A stretch of 64,000 bases of DNA from an uncultured Gemmatimonadales bacterium (GTDB lineage: Bacteria; Gemmatimonadota; Gemmatimonadetes; Gemmatimonadales; Gemmatimonadaceae). The notes under the pieces were generated by a model, which made no database searches, had not been told where the DNA came from, and saw only the letters and a list, made by a program, of their open reading frames with translations. Each line of letters starts with the position of its first letter. The stretch's first letter is position 1. The stretch lies in the NCBI GenBank assembly GCA_963793305.1, contig CAWBZV010000002.1:256001-320000 (forward strand), given 5' to 3'. The position numbers were made by a program, and so were the translations under genes. Below, piece by piece: positions 33,115 to 43,748 of the stretch.

Positions 33115-33118
33115 CCGC

Positions 33119-33145
33119 TGTCGATTCCGGGGGTCCCCGTTCGAC
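33119..33145 (+). promoter_or_regulatory. Putative ECF42-type autoregulatory promoter
   Basis: TGTCGA (33119-33124), 17 bp, CGAC (33142-33145) upstream of the DGPF/ECF pair. Matches the ECF42 motif as I recall it. Confidence 0.65.
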
Positions 33146-33170
33146 AAGGGATGAACCCTAACCGGAGTCG

Positions 33171-33533
33171 ATGATGAAGTACCTCTGCCTCATCTACAGC
33201 AACGAGCAAGAAGACGCCAGCATGCCGGACGCCGAGCGCCAGGCGATGTTCGCCGACTATGGCGCGCTGACCGAGAGCATCACGCGCAGCGGCCATTACA
33301 TTGGCGGCGACCCGCTGACGCCGACGAATACGGCCACGACCGTTCGCGTGCGCAAGGGCAAGACACAAACGACGCACGGCCCGTTTGCGGAAACGCGCGA
33401 GCAGCTGGGCGGGTACTACAAGATCGAAGCGAAGGATCTCGACGAAGCCGTCGCGATTGCTGCCCGCATCCCCAGCGCGAAGAACGGATCGATCGAAGTT
33501 CGGCCGGTGATGGAGATCCCAGGGAGAGCATGA
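33171..33533 (+). CDS. YciI/DGPF-domain protein
   Basis: [23 protein letters not shown] and GSIEVRPV. Confidence 0.92.
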   Translation: MMKYLCLIYSNEQEDASMPDAERQAMFADYGALTESITRSGHYIGGDPLTPTNTATTVRVRKGKTQTTHGPFAETREQLGGYYKIEAKDLDEAVAIAARIPSAKNGSIEVRPVMEIPGRA

Positions 33534-34777
33534 ACATCCAGAACGTCGTCGAGCGCGCGTTCCGGGAGGAATCGGGACGCGTGCTCGCGACGCTCATTCG
33601 CTTGCTCGGTGACTTCGACCTCGCGGAAGAAGCCACGGCCGAAGCCTTCTCGGCGGCCGTCGAGCACTGGCCGACGAGTGGTGTGCCCGCGAACCCGCGC
33701 GCGTGGCTGGTGTCGACGGGGCGCTACAAAGCGATCAATGCGATCCGACGGCGGTCGCGGTTCGTCGAAGTCGATCCGATGCTGGCGATTCACCAAGATC
33801 CGGAGATCGACGAGGCGGTCGTCGCGGACGATCAGCTGCGACTCATCTTCACGTGCTGCCATCCGGCGCTCGCGCCGGAGGCCCAGGTCGCGTTGACGCT
33901 GCGCATGGTGGGTGGGCTGGAGACCGAGAACATCGCGCACGCGTTCTTGGTCCCGGTGCCGACGATGGCCCAGCGCCTCGTCCGCGCCAAGGGCAAAATC
34001 CGCGACGCGGGCATTCCGTTCGTCGTGCCGCCACGTGAGGCGTTGCCCGAGCGGTTGGACGCCGTGCTGCGTGTCGTCTATCTCATCTTCACCGAAGGCT
34101 ACGCGGCGACGACGGGCGATGCGATCGTGCGCCACGCGCTCTGCGACGACGCGATTCGTCTCGCGCGACTGCTCGTCGCGCTCATGCCGGATTCGACGGA
34201 GGCGAACGCCCTCCTCGCGCTCATGCTACTCCACGACTCCCGTCGATCGACACGCGCGCGTGACGACGGCGAGCTCGTGTTGCTCGCCGATCAGGACCGG
34301 AGTCTCTGGGACCACGCGAAGATCGCCGAGGGCCTGTCGCGCGTCGAATCCGCATTGCGCGCGGGCCCCGCTGGCCCATACGCGTTGCAAGCCGCGATCG
34401 CCGCGCTCCACGCGCAGGCCCGTCGTCCGGAGGACACCGACTGGCGCCAGATCGCGGCACTCTACGCTCTACTCTTACGCCACGAGCCCACACCAATCGT
34501 CGAGCTCAATCGCGCCGCGGCCGTCGCAATGGCTCAGGGGCCGGAGGCGGGCTTGCGCTTGATGGACGACCTCGCGTCCCGCGGCGATCTCGCCGACTGC
34601 CATTTGCTCTACGCCGCCCGCGGCGACCTGCTCAAGCGACTCGGCCGCAACGACGCAGCCGTAGCCGAGTATCGCACGGCATTGTCGCTGGCCACTGTTG
34701 ACGCTGAGCGAAAGTTCTTCTTGCGGCGCATCGAAGAATTGAGCGCCACAAAACAAGTCGGCTCGTCAGTTGGCTAG
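33530..34777 (+). CDS. ECF sigma factor with C-terminal TPR extension (ECF42-like)
   Basis: [24 protein letters not shown] and [13 protein letters not shown]; coupled to the DGPF gene. Confidence 0.92.
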   Translation: MNIQNVVERAFREESGRVLATLIRLLGDFDLAEEATAEAFSAAVEHWPTSGVPANPRAWLVSTGRYKAINAIRRRSRFVEVDPMLAIHQDPEIDEAVVADDQLRLIFTCCHPALAPEAQVALTLRMVGGLETENIAHAFLVPVPTMAQRLVRAKGKIRDAGIPFVVPPREALPERLDAVLRVVYLIFTEGYAATTGDAIVRHALCDDAIRLARLLVALMPDSTEANALLALMLLHDSRRSTRARDDGELVLLADQDRSLWDHAKIAEGLSRVESALRAGPAGPYALQAAIAALHAQARRPEDTDWRQIAALYALLLRHEPTPIVELNRAAAVAMAQGPEAGLRLMDDLASRGDLADCHLLYAARGDLLKRLGRNDAAVAEYRTALSLATVDAERKFFLRRIEELSATKQVGSSVG

Positions 34778-34789
34778 CCTGACGAGCCG
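34759..34789. terminator. 11-bp perfect hairpin between convergent genes (terminator or REP-like)
   Basis: CGGCTCGTCAG, 9 nt loop, CTGACGAGCCG. No clear U tract. Confidence 0.5.
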
Positions 34790-34869
34790 CCGAACGGAGC
34801 CCCATTATCCTCCCCGTATACGTCTATACGTGTAACCTATCCGGGGCTCAACGCAGGAACAGTAGTCAC

Positions 34870-35265
34870 TCACACGAGCGCAGTCAATTGGGCAAATCCT
34901 AACGCGTGTAGAACTGCACGTTGTACAGCGCGAAAATGATGCGCCGACAGAGAATGATCCGCCGATAGAGACGCCGATGATAGAAGCGGAGATAGGCGCG
35001 TGAGCGATACGGCGGAAATCATGTCGCCCTTAATCCAGCTATCGACTCGTCGGTGCAAAAACCGGTAATGACCGGCGCGGATTCGAACGTGGTGAAGCTC
35101 AAGTGGTGTGGGTTTCGATGTGCTGAAGGGCACAACAAGCACAGTTTGTGGACCCGGTGAGAGCACCACCACAGGTCGGCGCTTGGTCATTTCCGGTGGA
35201 ACAAACCCGGTGGAGTAATCACACAACAGGACAGTTCCGGGCGCGGGCACAAGGTGAATTGGCAT
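34870..35265 (-). CDS. Orphan PemK/MazF-superfamily (YifN-like) protein
   Basis: PGTVLLCDYSTGFVPPEMTKRRPVVVLS, VVPFST and SWIKGDMISAVSLTRL. Visibly more AT-rich than its neighbours. Confidence 0.8.
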   Translation of the reverse strand: MPIHLVPAPGTVLLCDYSTGFVPPEMTKRRPVVVLSPGPQTVLVVPFSTSKPTPLELHHVRIRAGHYRFLHRRVDSWIKGDMISAVSLTRLSPLLSSASLSADHSLSAHHFRAVQRAVLHALGFAQLTALV

Positions 35266-35328
35266 CCGCCACTCTGCCAACCCACCGTCAGTCGACCGTC
35301 AGCGCACGCACCCGATTATCGTTCCTAC

Positions 35329-37533
35329 GTGCTGATCGACGTAGCGCTCCCGCTCCCGCTATTCCGGAACTTCACGTACGACTCCGACGCCCCAGTCGCA
35401 CCGGGCGCACGGGTCGTCGTGCCGCTCCGTGGTTCGCGGGTAATCGGCATCAGCCTCGGCCCGCACGAGGGCCCGTCCGCGGTAGCCGCCCCACGCAAAA
35501 TCCTCGACGTGCCCGACGCCGAGCCCGCGCTCGCGCCGCACATGCTGGCCCTGTGCCGGTGGATCGCCGAGTATTACGTGGTCCCATTAGGCCTAGTCGT
35601 ACGCAGCGCCCTGCCGGCCGCGCTGCTCGGCGCCGACACTCCGCGTCCGGCGCCGAAGGTCCAGAGGCTCGCGCGACTCGCCCGAGATATCCCCTCGCTG
35701 ATGGAGCGCGATGCACTGTTCGCTCGCGCCAAGCGCCAGCGCGAAGTGTACGAGCTGATCGAGACCCTCGGCGGACGAACTCCGGTCGCGCACCTGATCA
35801 AGCAGCTCGGCGTATCGCCGGGTGTCGTGCACGCGCTCGAGACACGCGGCCTGATTCAGATCGACGAGGATGTCGTCGAACGCGACCCGTTCGCCGCACG
35901 CCCGAGCGACCCGGCACGTCACACACCGACACCCGCGCAAACCGCGGCCATCGACGCGCTCGGCGCCGGCCAACCGGGCGAGGTGTTCTTGCTGCACGGT
36001 ATCACGGGCAGCGGGAAGACACTCGTGTATGTCGAATTTCTACGCCGCCTGATCGACGAACGCGGCCAGACCGCGATCGTGCTCGTCCCCGAAATCGCCC
36101 TCACGCCGCAGACCGTCGATCGATTCCGCGCGGCATTTGGTGACCGCGTGGCCGTGTTGCATAGCGCGCTCAGCGATGGCGAGCGGTCGGATGCGTGGCA
36201 CGCGCTCAAGTCCGGCCGCAAGCGCATCGCGGTCGGCGCCCGCTCGGCCGTCTTCGCGCCCCTCGAGAACCTGGGCGCGATCATCGTCGACGAGGAACAC
36301 GAAGGGACGTACAAGCAGGGCGAATCCCCGCGCTATCACGCGCGCGAGGTCGCGATCGTCCGCGCACGCCTGCAGGGTGCGGTCACGGTTCTCGGAAGCG
36401 CGACGCCCAGCCTCGAAAGCTGGTCGAACGCCTCGTCGGGCAAGTATCGCTTGCTCTCGCTCCCGGACCGCGTGGGCGGCGGCCGTCTCCCCCATATCGC
36501 GGTGCTCGACATGCGCCGCCCGAGCGATGCCGCTGCGCCGGTGTCACCAATGTTGCCGCCGCTGGAGGCAGCGCTCGCCGAAACGCTCGCCCGCGGTGAG
36601 CAATCGATTCTCCTACTCAACCGCCGCGGCTACGCGGCATTCGTCCAGTGCGGCATCTGTGGCAACGTCGCCGTGTGCCCGAATTGCTCGATCTCTCTCA
36701 CCGATCATCGAACGCCGCCACGATTGGTCTGCCACTATTGTCTCCACGAGGAGCCGCCACGGGAGACGTGTGCGCGGTGTGGCGGACGGACGCTGCGACG
36801 ACGGGGCCTCGGCACGCAGCAGGTCGAGCGGCTCCTCGCCGAGCGCTTTCCCACCGCCCGCATCGCCCGCATGGACGTCGATACGACGACGGGAAAGTGG
36901 GCCCACGCCGAGATCCTCGACCGCGTGGGGCGCGGCGAGGTGGACATGTTGCTCGGCACCCAGATGATCGCCAAGGGACTCGATTTCCCGAACGTGACGC
37001 TCGTCGGCGTGATCGACGCCGATGTCGGCATCAATCTCCCGGATTTCCGCGCGTCGGAACGCTGCTTCCAGCTGCTGAGCCAAGTCGCCGGCCGCGCCGG
37101 TCGTGCCCAGAAACCCGGGCGCGTTTTCATCCAAACCCGCTTGCCGGCGCACCACGCGGTGCGCTGTGCCGTTGCGCATGACTACGCATCGTTTGTTCGC
37201 GAGGAGCTCTGCGGCCGGCACTCCCCGCCGTATCCCCCGACAATCCGGATCGCCAACATCGTATACAGTGGCACTGACGAACAGGCGACGGCGCGATTCG
37301 CCGAGGACAGCACGGCTTGGCTCTCGCGCCTGCCGGCCGATGTGAAGATCATCGGGCCCGCCCCGTGCCCGGTCGAGCGGATCAAAAACCGGTGGCGTTG
37401 GCACGCCGTACTCAAGGCCGAACACCCGGCCGAGCTCACGCGGTTGGGGTTGTACTTCATGCGTCGCGTGACCGTCCCATCGGCCGGGCAGCTCCGCGTG
37501 ACCTTCGACCGCGACCCCGTGGCGCTCCTGTGA
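35329..37533 (+). CDS. priA: Primosomal protein N' (replication restart helicase)
   Basis: GITGSGKT, VPEIALTPQ, DEEH, two Cys clusters, GTQMIAKG and QVAGRAGR. GTG 35329 follows TATCGT. Confidence 0.97.
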   Translation: MLIDVALPLPLFRNFTYDSDAPVAPGARVVVPLRGSRVIGISLGPHEGPSAVAAPRKILDVPDAEPALAPHMLALCRWIAEYYVVPLGLVVRSALPAALLGADTPRPAPKVQRLARLARDIPSLMERDALFARAKRQREVYELIETLGGRTPVAHLIKQLGVSPGVVHALETRGLIQIDEDVVERDPFAARPSDPARHTPTPAQTAAIDALGAGQPGEVFLLHGITGSGKTLVYVEFLRRLIDERGQTAIVLVPEIALTPQTVDRFRAAFGDRVAVLHSALSDGERSDAWHALKSGRKRIAVGARSAVFAPLENLGAIIVDEEHEGTYKQGESPRYHAREVAIVRARLQGAVTVLGSATPSLESWSNASSGKYRLLSLPDRVGGGRLPHIAVLDMRRPSDAAAPVSPMLPPLEAALAETLARGEQSILLLNRRGYAAFVQCGICGNVAVCPNCSISLTDHRTPPRLVCHYCLHEEPPRETCARCGGRTLRRRGLGTQQVERLLAERFPTARIARMDVDTTTGKWAHAEILDRVGRGEVDMLLGTQMIAKGLDFPNVTLVGVIDADVGINLPDFRASERCFQLLSQVAGRAGRAQKPGRVFIQTRLPAHHAVRCAVAHDYASFVREELCGRHSPPYPPTIRIANIVYSGTDEQATARFAEDSTAWLSRLPADVKIIGPAPCPVERIKNRWRWHAVLKAEHPAELTRLGLYFMRRVTVPSAGQLRVTFDRDPVALL

Positions 37534-37554
37534 CCCGCCACTGATCTTTCCGGG

Positions 37555-38671
37555 GTGACGTTCACGCACCCCGATTTCACCGCCGCCCGCTTCGCGGCAG
37601 CTCCCGACGCGACGTTCGTTCCCGCGCCCGGAGATGGTGTGCTCCCGGACGGATTTTTCTCGACGACCAATCTGCCGACCTACGTCCGCCTCGACGGCGC
37701 GTGGCGTATGCCGCGCGAGCCGCGCATGGACGCGGTCCTGCTGCTCGACGCGAACGGCGACCTGTGGGTCCGCGAGGGTCGGCGCGTACGCCGCGGTGAG
37801 CGCGTGGCCGTCGGACGCGCCGAAGACGGGAGCGAGGGCATCTACGTGCACGCGTCCGCCTTCCTCGGCTCCGAGGACAGGGCGGGCGAGTTCAAGTTCA
37901 TGACCAGCGAGGTCTCGCGCGAGAAGCCCATCGATTACGCCGGAGATGGCTCGCCTCTTGATCTCCGAGCGCGAGCGTGGCGGCTACCCGGTGTGGGTCA
38001 CCGGGCCCGCGTTGGTTCACTCGCGGGCTCGCGCTGACATGACGTGGTTTATCGCCAACGGTTTTGTCGGCGCTTTATTGGCCGGCAACGCGGTCGCGGT
38101 GCATGATATCGAAGCCTCGATCTTCGGGACGACCCTCGGCATGAGCGGCTCGGGCGAGGCCACGTCCGGTGGACACGGCCTCCACATGCGCGCGATCAAC
38201 CAGGTTCGCTCGGCTGGCTCAATCGCCGCGGCCGTTCACAAAGGCATCATCAAAGACGGCATCATGCACGCGTGCGTCGTGCACGATGTCCCCTTCGTGC
38301 TCACCGGCTCGATCCGCGACGACGGCCCATTACCCGACGTCGTGACCGACGCCATCGCGGGGCAAGACGCGATGCGGCGGCATACGACGAAGGCGACCAT
38401 GGCCATTCTCATTGCCACGGCGCTCCACGCTATCGCGACGGGGAACATGCTCCCGGCCTTCGTGACTGAAGCCGATGGATCGCTCCGGGAATTGGCCACC
38501 ATCTGCGTCGACTCGTCCGAGTTTGTGGTGAGTAAGTTGAAAGACCGGGGTACGCACCAGGCGTTCGGTGTCGTGACCAATGCCCAGGATTTCATGCATA
38601 TCCTGAGGCTCTATGTCGAGCGCGAGCTGTCGACGATGCCCCCGCTGCGCCTGGCCAAAGTCTCGGCATGA
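37555..38671 (+). CDS. TIGR00300 / LOR-SDH-related protein (ArgZ/AgrE C-terminal-like) with an apparent +1 frameshift at ~37942
   Basis: DGVLPDGFFSTTN, FKFMTSEVSREKP, GNAVAVHDIE, GSIRDDGPLPD and KLKDRG. Confidence 0.8.
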
Positions 38672-39021
38672 CCGACGGCGAACGCCGGTTCCTCCGCGAG
38701 CTGGCGGAGAAAGTACAGCCCGCCGATGTCGTCGATGCCTATCTCTTCCCCGCGTTCCGCCACGGGGTCGTCGAGAGCGGCGTCGCGGTGCTGGCGACGA
38801 CCAGCGACGGCGATGGCCGCTATGCCGTACTGACCGCGCGCTATCGTCTCGACGTGAAGGGGATGGACCGCGGCGCCTGGAACTTCGATGTCCGCCGCGA
38901 AGCCGACGCCCCGCTGGACGCACTGGCCGAAGTCGTGCATGGCGTGACGCGGCGCGCCGCCGACTACGGCGTTCCGCTTCATTTGAATGGCGACGCGTAC
39001 CGGGCCATGATCACGGAGTGA
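38668..39021 (+). CDS. Hypothetical protein
   Basis: ATGA coupling to the upstream gene; genic codon pattern. Confidence 0.65.
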   Translation: MTDGERRFLRELAEKVQPADVVDAYLFPAFRHGVVESGVAVLATTSDGDGRYAVLTARYRLDVKGMDRGAWNFDVRREADAPLDALAEVVHGVTRRAADYGVPLHLNGDAYRAMITE

Positions 39022-40628
39022 ATGTCGCGCGCGTCCTCGATCGGCGTCGTCTCGTCGATGCCGAGCGCCGGGGGTGTGATGAGAAACGGAAAGACCTGAT
39101 CGCCGCCGACCGACCCGTGCGCGCCGACCTGATCGTCGAACGACACGATATCGTAGCCATCGTACGCGCCGAAGAGGACGAGATCGCCGCCGTTCGGCTG
39201 GCGAACCACTGACTCGATCGCCCGCCGGGCCAGCGCATCGCTCTTGTATGGCGCGAGCGGATCGTCGCCCGCGAGGATGGTCAGCACGCCCTGGTCGAGC
39301 CGTGCCCGGCCGGTGCGCGAGGCCAGATGAACGCCGGTCCCCTTCCGCGTCGCGATGAGCCCGATGCCCGGATGCTCCAGCAGCGCAGCGTAGAGCCCGG
39401 CGCGGCGTGCGTCCCGCTCGATGTCGTCGTGGTCGAGCGCTCCATCCTCATCGGCGAAGTACAGCTCGGCCAGACATGAGCTATACGTCACGACGACCTC
39501 ATGCCGCGCGTCGATCTTGTATTTCTCGGGTACGAGGAGCTCCCGCAACCCGTAGTGACGCCGCAGCCAGTCCAACAGGCGGGGGCCGACCGGCGCGTAT
39601 TCGCTGTCCTCGGCGAAGCTGGCGAAGGAATTGGAGAGCACCTTGGCGACGGTTGTCCCGAGCGTCTCGCCGAACCGCACGCGATAGCTGACCGAGGGCG
39701 TCATGCCGTGGTCCGAGAGGATCACGAGGTCGTACCCGCGGTTGGCCGCGTTCCGCATCATGCGCACGATCTCGGTGAGCCGTGCGTCGGTTCGCCGCAG
39801 ATCCGCCATGGCCTGCCGGCTGCTCGGCCCAAAATGATGCGCCATCTCATCGTACTGCATGAACGTCGAATAGATGATCGGCACACCGAGATACAGGTCG
39901 AGCATGATCGCGATCGTCTGGAGCTCGCGTACGACGACGTTGCTCAGGATGCGCACGAAGGGGAAGATCCCTTCGGTATGCGTGGCCCGCCCGGCCAGCT
40001 CACCCGAGAAGCGCTCCCACTCCTCGCGCAGCCATTCGACCGCGGCTTGCGCCACCATACGGACCAGTCGAATCGGATGGAGCGCGATCAAGAGCACCAT
40101 TCGCGTGCCGCCGAGTCGCTGAAAGACCGATGTGCGCTCCCGGGTCGCCACGGTGAACGCGACGGTGGCGGCGTCGCCGTCGAGCAGATTCACGTAACTC
40201 GACCCGCCCGCCAGCGCCCCAGGGGCATGGATCCGATCGCGGATATACTGGACGCCTTCGGGAGCGTTGCAGGTGATCACCCGATGTTCCCGCTTGTCAT
40301 AAAACCGAAACGCGGGGATGCCGTCGTTCTCACCATGGAAAATGCCAGCCTGGCAATACGGCGTGGCAGCCGGCAGACCACAGAACCAACGCCGGAGCCG
40401 AAAGTCATCCTCGGCCAGCAGGCGTTGAATGGTTGGGCAGTATCCCAGTCGCAGCGCCCGACGCAGATCCGCGTAGGCGAGCGCATCGATCTGCAGCATG
40501 AGCAGTCCGCGACGTCCATCGCGTGGGCGTCGCTCGCGACGGAAGATGCTGTACTTGAGCGTGTAGTACAGCCGCACGATCGGCCCTGCCCGAGGCCGCT
40601 GACGTCGTTCGACGAATGGCTCTGACAC
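38979..40628 (-). CDS. Alkaline phosphatase / nucleotide pyrophosphatase superfamily protein
   Basis: LQIDAL, YDEMAHHFGP, LSDHG and GAHGS metal-ligand motifs. Confidence 0.85.
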   Translation of the reverse strand: MSEPFVERRQRPRAGPIVRLYYTLKYSIFRRERRPRDGRRGLLMLQIDALAYADLRRALRLGYCPTIQRLLAEDDFRLRRWFCGLPAATPYCQAGIFHGENDGIPAFRFYDKREHRVITCNAPEGVQYIRDRIHAPGALAGGSSYVNLLDGDAATVAFTVATRERTSVFQRLGGTRMVLLIALHPIRLVRMVAQAAVEWLREEWERFSGELAGRATHTEGIFPFVRILSNVVVRELQTIAIMLDLYLGVPIIYSTFMQYDEMAHHFGPSSRQAMADLRRTDARLTEIVRMMRNAANRGYDLVILSDHGMTPSVSYRVRFGETLGTTVAKVLSNSFASFAEDSEYAPVGPRLLDWLRRHYGLRELLVPEKYKIDARHEVVVTYSSCLAELYFADEDGALDHDDIERDARRAGLYAALLEHPGIGLIATRKGTGVHLASRTGRARLDQGVLTILAGDDPLAPYKSDALARRAIESVVRQPNGGDLVLFGAYDGYDIVSFDDQVGAHGSVGGDQVFPFLITPPALGIDETTPIEDARDIHSVIMARYASPFK

Positions 40629-40979
40629 TCAGGTCGTGAGCGTCGCGGTCAGCGCCAGGAGCGTGCGCGCGGAAACCGGCTTGAGCAGTACGTCCCGGCA
40701 TCCCGCGGCACGACATCGCGCGAGAACAGCCGGCTCGTCCCAGCCAGTCAGCGCGACTGTTACCCGAGGCGTTGTGGCCGCCTGCGCGAGGACCTGCAGG
40801 CCATCTCCATCGGGCAGCGTCAAATCGAGCAGCATGAGGTCGACCGGTGTTTCGTTGCATGCCGCGATCGCGGCGGCAACCGTTCCGGCCACCCGCACGT
40901 CATGTCCGCCCGCTTCGAGGAGCATGCGCATGGCGTCACCGGCATCCGCATGGTCCTCGACCACCAGGACGCGCGCCAC
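40629..40979 (-). CDS. Single-domain response regulator (CheY-like)
   Basis: VLVVEDH, LLDLTLPDGDG, ALTG and LLKP; GTG at 40979. Confidence 0.9.
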   Translation of the reverse strand: MARVLVVEDHADAGDAMRMLLEAGGHDVRVAGTVAAAIAACNETPVDLMLLDLTLPDGDGLQVLAQAATTPRVTVALTGWDEPAVLARCRAAGCRDVLLKPVSARTLLALTATLTT

Positions 40980-40983
40980 GCGG

Positions 40984-42768
40984 TCAGGCCGCTCCTTCGA
41001 GTGCTTCGACCAGCTGTTGGCGGCGGAGGAGCGACCAGTACCGACCCCCGAGCGCGAGCAAGTCTTCATGGCGGCCTTGCTCGACGATCCGCCCTTCGTC
41101 GAGGACGACGATCCAACTCGCGTCGCGGATCGCGCTGATCCGGTGCGAAGCGATGACGGCCGTCCGCCCCGCGAGCGCATCGCGCAGCGCGTGCAGGATC
41201 GCGGCCTCGGTGTGCGTGTCGACCGCCGAGAGGGCGTCATCCAGCAGCACGATCGACGGCCGACGGGCGAGCGCCCGAGCCAGTGCCGCGCGCTGCTTCT
41301 GGCCGCCGGACAGGTTGATCCCGCGTTCGCCGAGCATCGTGTCGTAGCCGGCCGGGAACGCCGTGATCGTCTCGTCGAGTTGCGCGATCCGCGCGGCCCA
41401 TCGGCCGGCATCTTCGTCCGGTGCTTCCTCCGCCGCGCGCTCGTCGACCAGCTCGGCGTTGTCGCCGTACACCAGGTTCGCACCGATCGTGTCGCTGAAC
41501 AGTAGGCTTTCTTGCGGCACGACCCCAATCGTACGTCGGAGGTCGTCGAGCGGGACCTCGCGGATCGGGACCCCGTCGATCAAAATCTCACCCTCCTGGG
41601 GATCATAGATGCGCGGGATCAGGTCGATCAGGGCGCTCTTCCCACTCGCGGTCGCGCCCACGATTCCCAACGTCGCACCGGCTGGGACGAAAAAGGAGAT
41701 GCCTCGCAAGACGAGTCGTTGGGTGCCCGGGTACGCGAAGCTGACGTTCCGAAACTCGATGGACCGTCCCTGTGGAGCGACGGGCAGTAGCCGAGGCTGC
41801 GCCGGCGAAACGACGCGCGCCTCGGCACGAAAGATGTCCATGAGCCGTGTCATGGACGCCGCCCCGCGCTCGAAGAGATTGATGACCCATCCCAGCGCAA
41901 TCAGCGGCCAGGTGAGCGCCGAGAGGTACATGCCAAAGGCGACGAACTTGCCGACGCTGATCGTCCCTTGCATGGTCAAAATCCCACCGAGGCCCAAGAC
42001 GACGACCCAAGCCAAGCCGGCCAGCAGCCCAAACGCAGGATTCATTGCGCCATTGAGGCGCACGAGATGCATATTGCGTCTCAGGTACTCATCATTGAGC
42101 GCGCCAAACCGGCCGAGCTCTGCCGCCTCCTGGCGATACGCGCGAATGATGCGTGTTCCAGAGAAATTCTCCTGCGCATGCGTCGTCATTGTACTGAAAT
42201 GGTCCTGGACCGCCTCGAACCGCTCGTGGATGATCCGCCCGAACCGCACCATCATGACGGGCAGCAGGACCATCGGCAGCAGGGAAATGCCGGTCAACGT
42301 TGGGCTGATGCGCAGCATGAAGCCGAGGGCGAACACGCCACCGGCGATCGTGGCGACGAGGTACATGATGGCGGGTCCCGCCGCCATCCGAACCGCGCTC
42401 AAGTCGTTGGTGAGCCGCGCCATGATGTCACCCGTTCGGGTATGCCCGAAGTAGGAGGCATCGAGGGTTTCGAGATGCTGAAACAGATCGTTTCTGAGAT
42501 CGTACTCGATGCGGCGGCTGACGCCGTTGAGCACCTCGCGCATCCCGTATCGCAGCCATCCGCCGAAGAGCGCGATCGCCACCATTTCGCCGGCGATGCC
42601 CCAGATGCGCCCGGTGCCCGAGCCGCCACGCATGTCGTCGATCGCCCACTCGATGAGCGTGGGGATGACGCTCGTCACGGCCGACGAGCCCAGGACAAAC
42701 AGCAGTCCAACGATGACCTGCGTCCGATACCGCCGCAGGTATGGCAGGAGTGGCCTAAGAGCCTTCAT
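40984..42768 (-). CDS. ABC exporter, fused permease/ATPase (MdlA-like)
   Basis: N-terminal TM helices, GATASGKS, LSGGQKQR and LLDDALSAVD. Confidence 0.95.
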   Translation of the reverse strand: MKALRPLLPYLRRYRTQVIVGLLFVLGSSAVTSVIPTLIEWAIDDMRGGSGTGRIWGIAGEMVAIALFGGWLRYGMREVLNGVSRRIEYDLRNDLFQHLETLDASYFGHTRTGDIMARLTNDLSAVRMAAGPAIMYLVATIAGGVFALGFMLRISPTLTGISLLPMVLLPVMMVRFGRIIHERFEAVQDHFSTMTTHAQENFSGTRIIRAYRQEAAELGRFGALNDEYLRRNMHLVRLNGAMNPAFGLLAGLAWVVVLGLGGILTMQGTISVGKFVAFGMYLSALTWPLIALGWVINLFERGAASMTRLMDIFRAEARVVSPAQPRLLPVAPQGRSIEFRNVSFAYPGTQRLVLRGISFFVPAGATLGIVGATASGKSALIDLIPRIYDPQEGEILIDGVPIREVPLDDLRRTIGVVPQESLLFSDTIGANLVYGDNAELVDERAAEEAPDEDAGRWAARIAQLDETITAFPAGYDTMLGERGINLSGGQKQRAALARALARRPSIVLLDDALSAVDTHTEAAILHALRDALAGRTAVIASHRISAIRDASWIVVLDEGRIVEQGRHEDLLALGGRYWSLLRRQQLVEALEGAA

Positions 42769-42799
42769 ACTAACGTCGGCTCATGAGACGGAGAGACTT

Positions 42800-43741
42800 A
42801 TGATCACCAAATATAATATCCTGGGTTGCCTCGCCCTCAGTCTGACGGTCGCCGCGTGCGGAAAGTCAGACAAATCGGCGGCCGCTGACAAAATGTCGCC
42901 CGATACGTCGCTGGCGAGCGATCTGGCCGCCGCCGGCGCGCCACCAGCACAACCGGCGTTAGCTGACACGGGTTCCGCGACCAAGGCGACACCAGCGCCT
43001 GCGCCGACGCCTGCACCCGCGCCCGCGGCCGATACCGCGAAGAAAGAAGTCGCGAAGGCCGAGCCCGAGAAGCATCACAAGAAAGAGAAGACCACAACTG
43101 GCGGCGGCGCGACCAGTGGCGGGACTGCGACGCCGTCCCCGACTCAGCCCGGGCAGCCAACGACGACCGCCAGTGGCAATACTGTAACGCACGGTGGCGC
43201 CGGTGGCGGCAATGTCGGAACGATCGCGGCCGGTACCAACATCGCGCTCACCGCCGACCAGCGGATCTGCACCGACAGCAACAAAGTCGGCGACACGTTC
43301 ACCGCGACGGTCGCGAACCCGGTCGTCGGGTCGAACGGCGCCGTCATTCCCGCCGGCTCGAGCGTCTCTGGCCACGTGGTCGCGCTCGGCGCGAGTAAGG
43401 CCGTCGGCCAGACCGTCACGTTCTCGCTGGCATTCGACAACCTGACAGTCAATGGGACAGGCTATCCCTTGGATGCGGCGCTGGCCGGTACGCCGCAGCT
43501 CGCGCAACACCGCACGACTGGCGTGGGAACGGATGCGGCGAAGGTCGGCGGCGGTGCCGTCGTCGGCGCTCTCATCGGCGGGTTGGTCAGCCACAAGGTG
43601 ACAGGCGCCGTGATCGGTGGCGCCGCCGGCGCCGCGGCAGGCGGCGGTGTCGCGGTCGCGACCGGGAAGTTCGACGCATGCCTGCCGCAGGGTGGCAAGC
43701 TGAACATCCAGCTCAATAGCGATCGGCCAATTCGGTCCTAG
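42800..43741 (+). CDS. Lipoprotein with Pro/Ala/Thr linker and a VirB10/TrbI-like beta domain containing a glycine zipper
   Basis: Lipobox VAAC; IAAGTNI...KVGDTFTATV...VIPAGSSVSG; GGGAVVGALIGG...GAVIGGAAGAAAG. Confidence 0.7.
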   Translation: MITKYNILGCLALSLTVAACGKSDKSAAADKMSPDTSLASDLAAAGAPPAQPALADTGSATKATPAPAPTPAPAPAADTAKKEVAKAEPEKHHKKEKTTTGGGATSGGTATPSPTQPGQPTTTASGNTVTHGGAGGGNVGTIAAGTNIALTADQRICTDSNKVGDTFTATVANPVVGSNGAVIPAGSSVSGHVVALGASKAVGQTVTFSLAFDNLTVNGTGYPLDAALAGTPQLAQHRTTGVGTDAAKVGGGAVVGALIGGLVSHKVTGAVIGGAAGAAAGGGVAVATGKFDACLPQGGKLNIQLNSDRPIRS

Positions 43742-43748
43742 CCGACCG

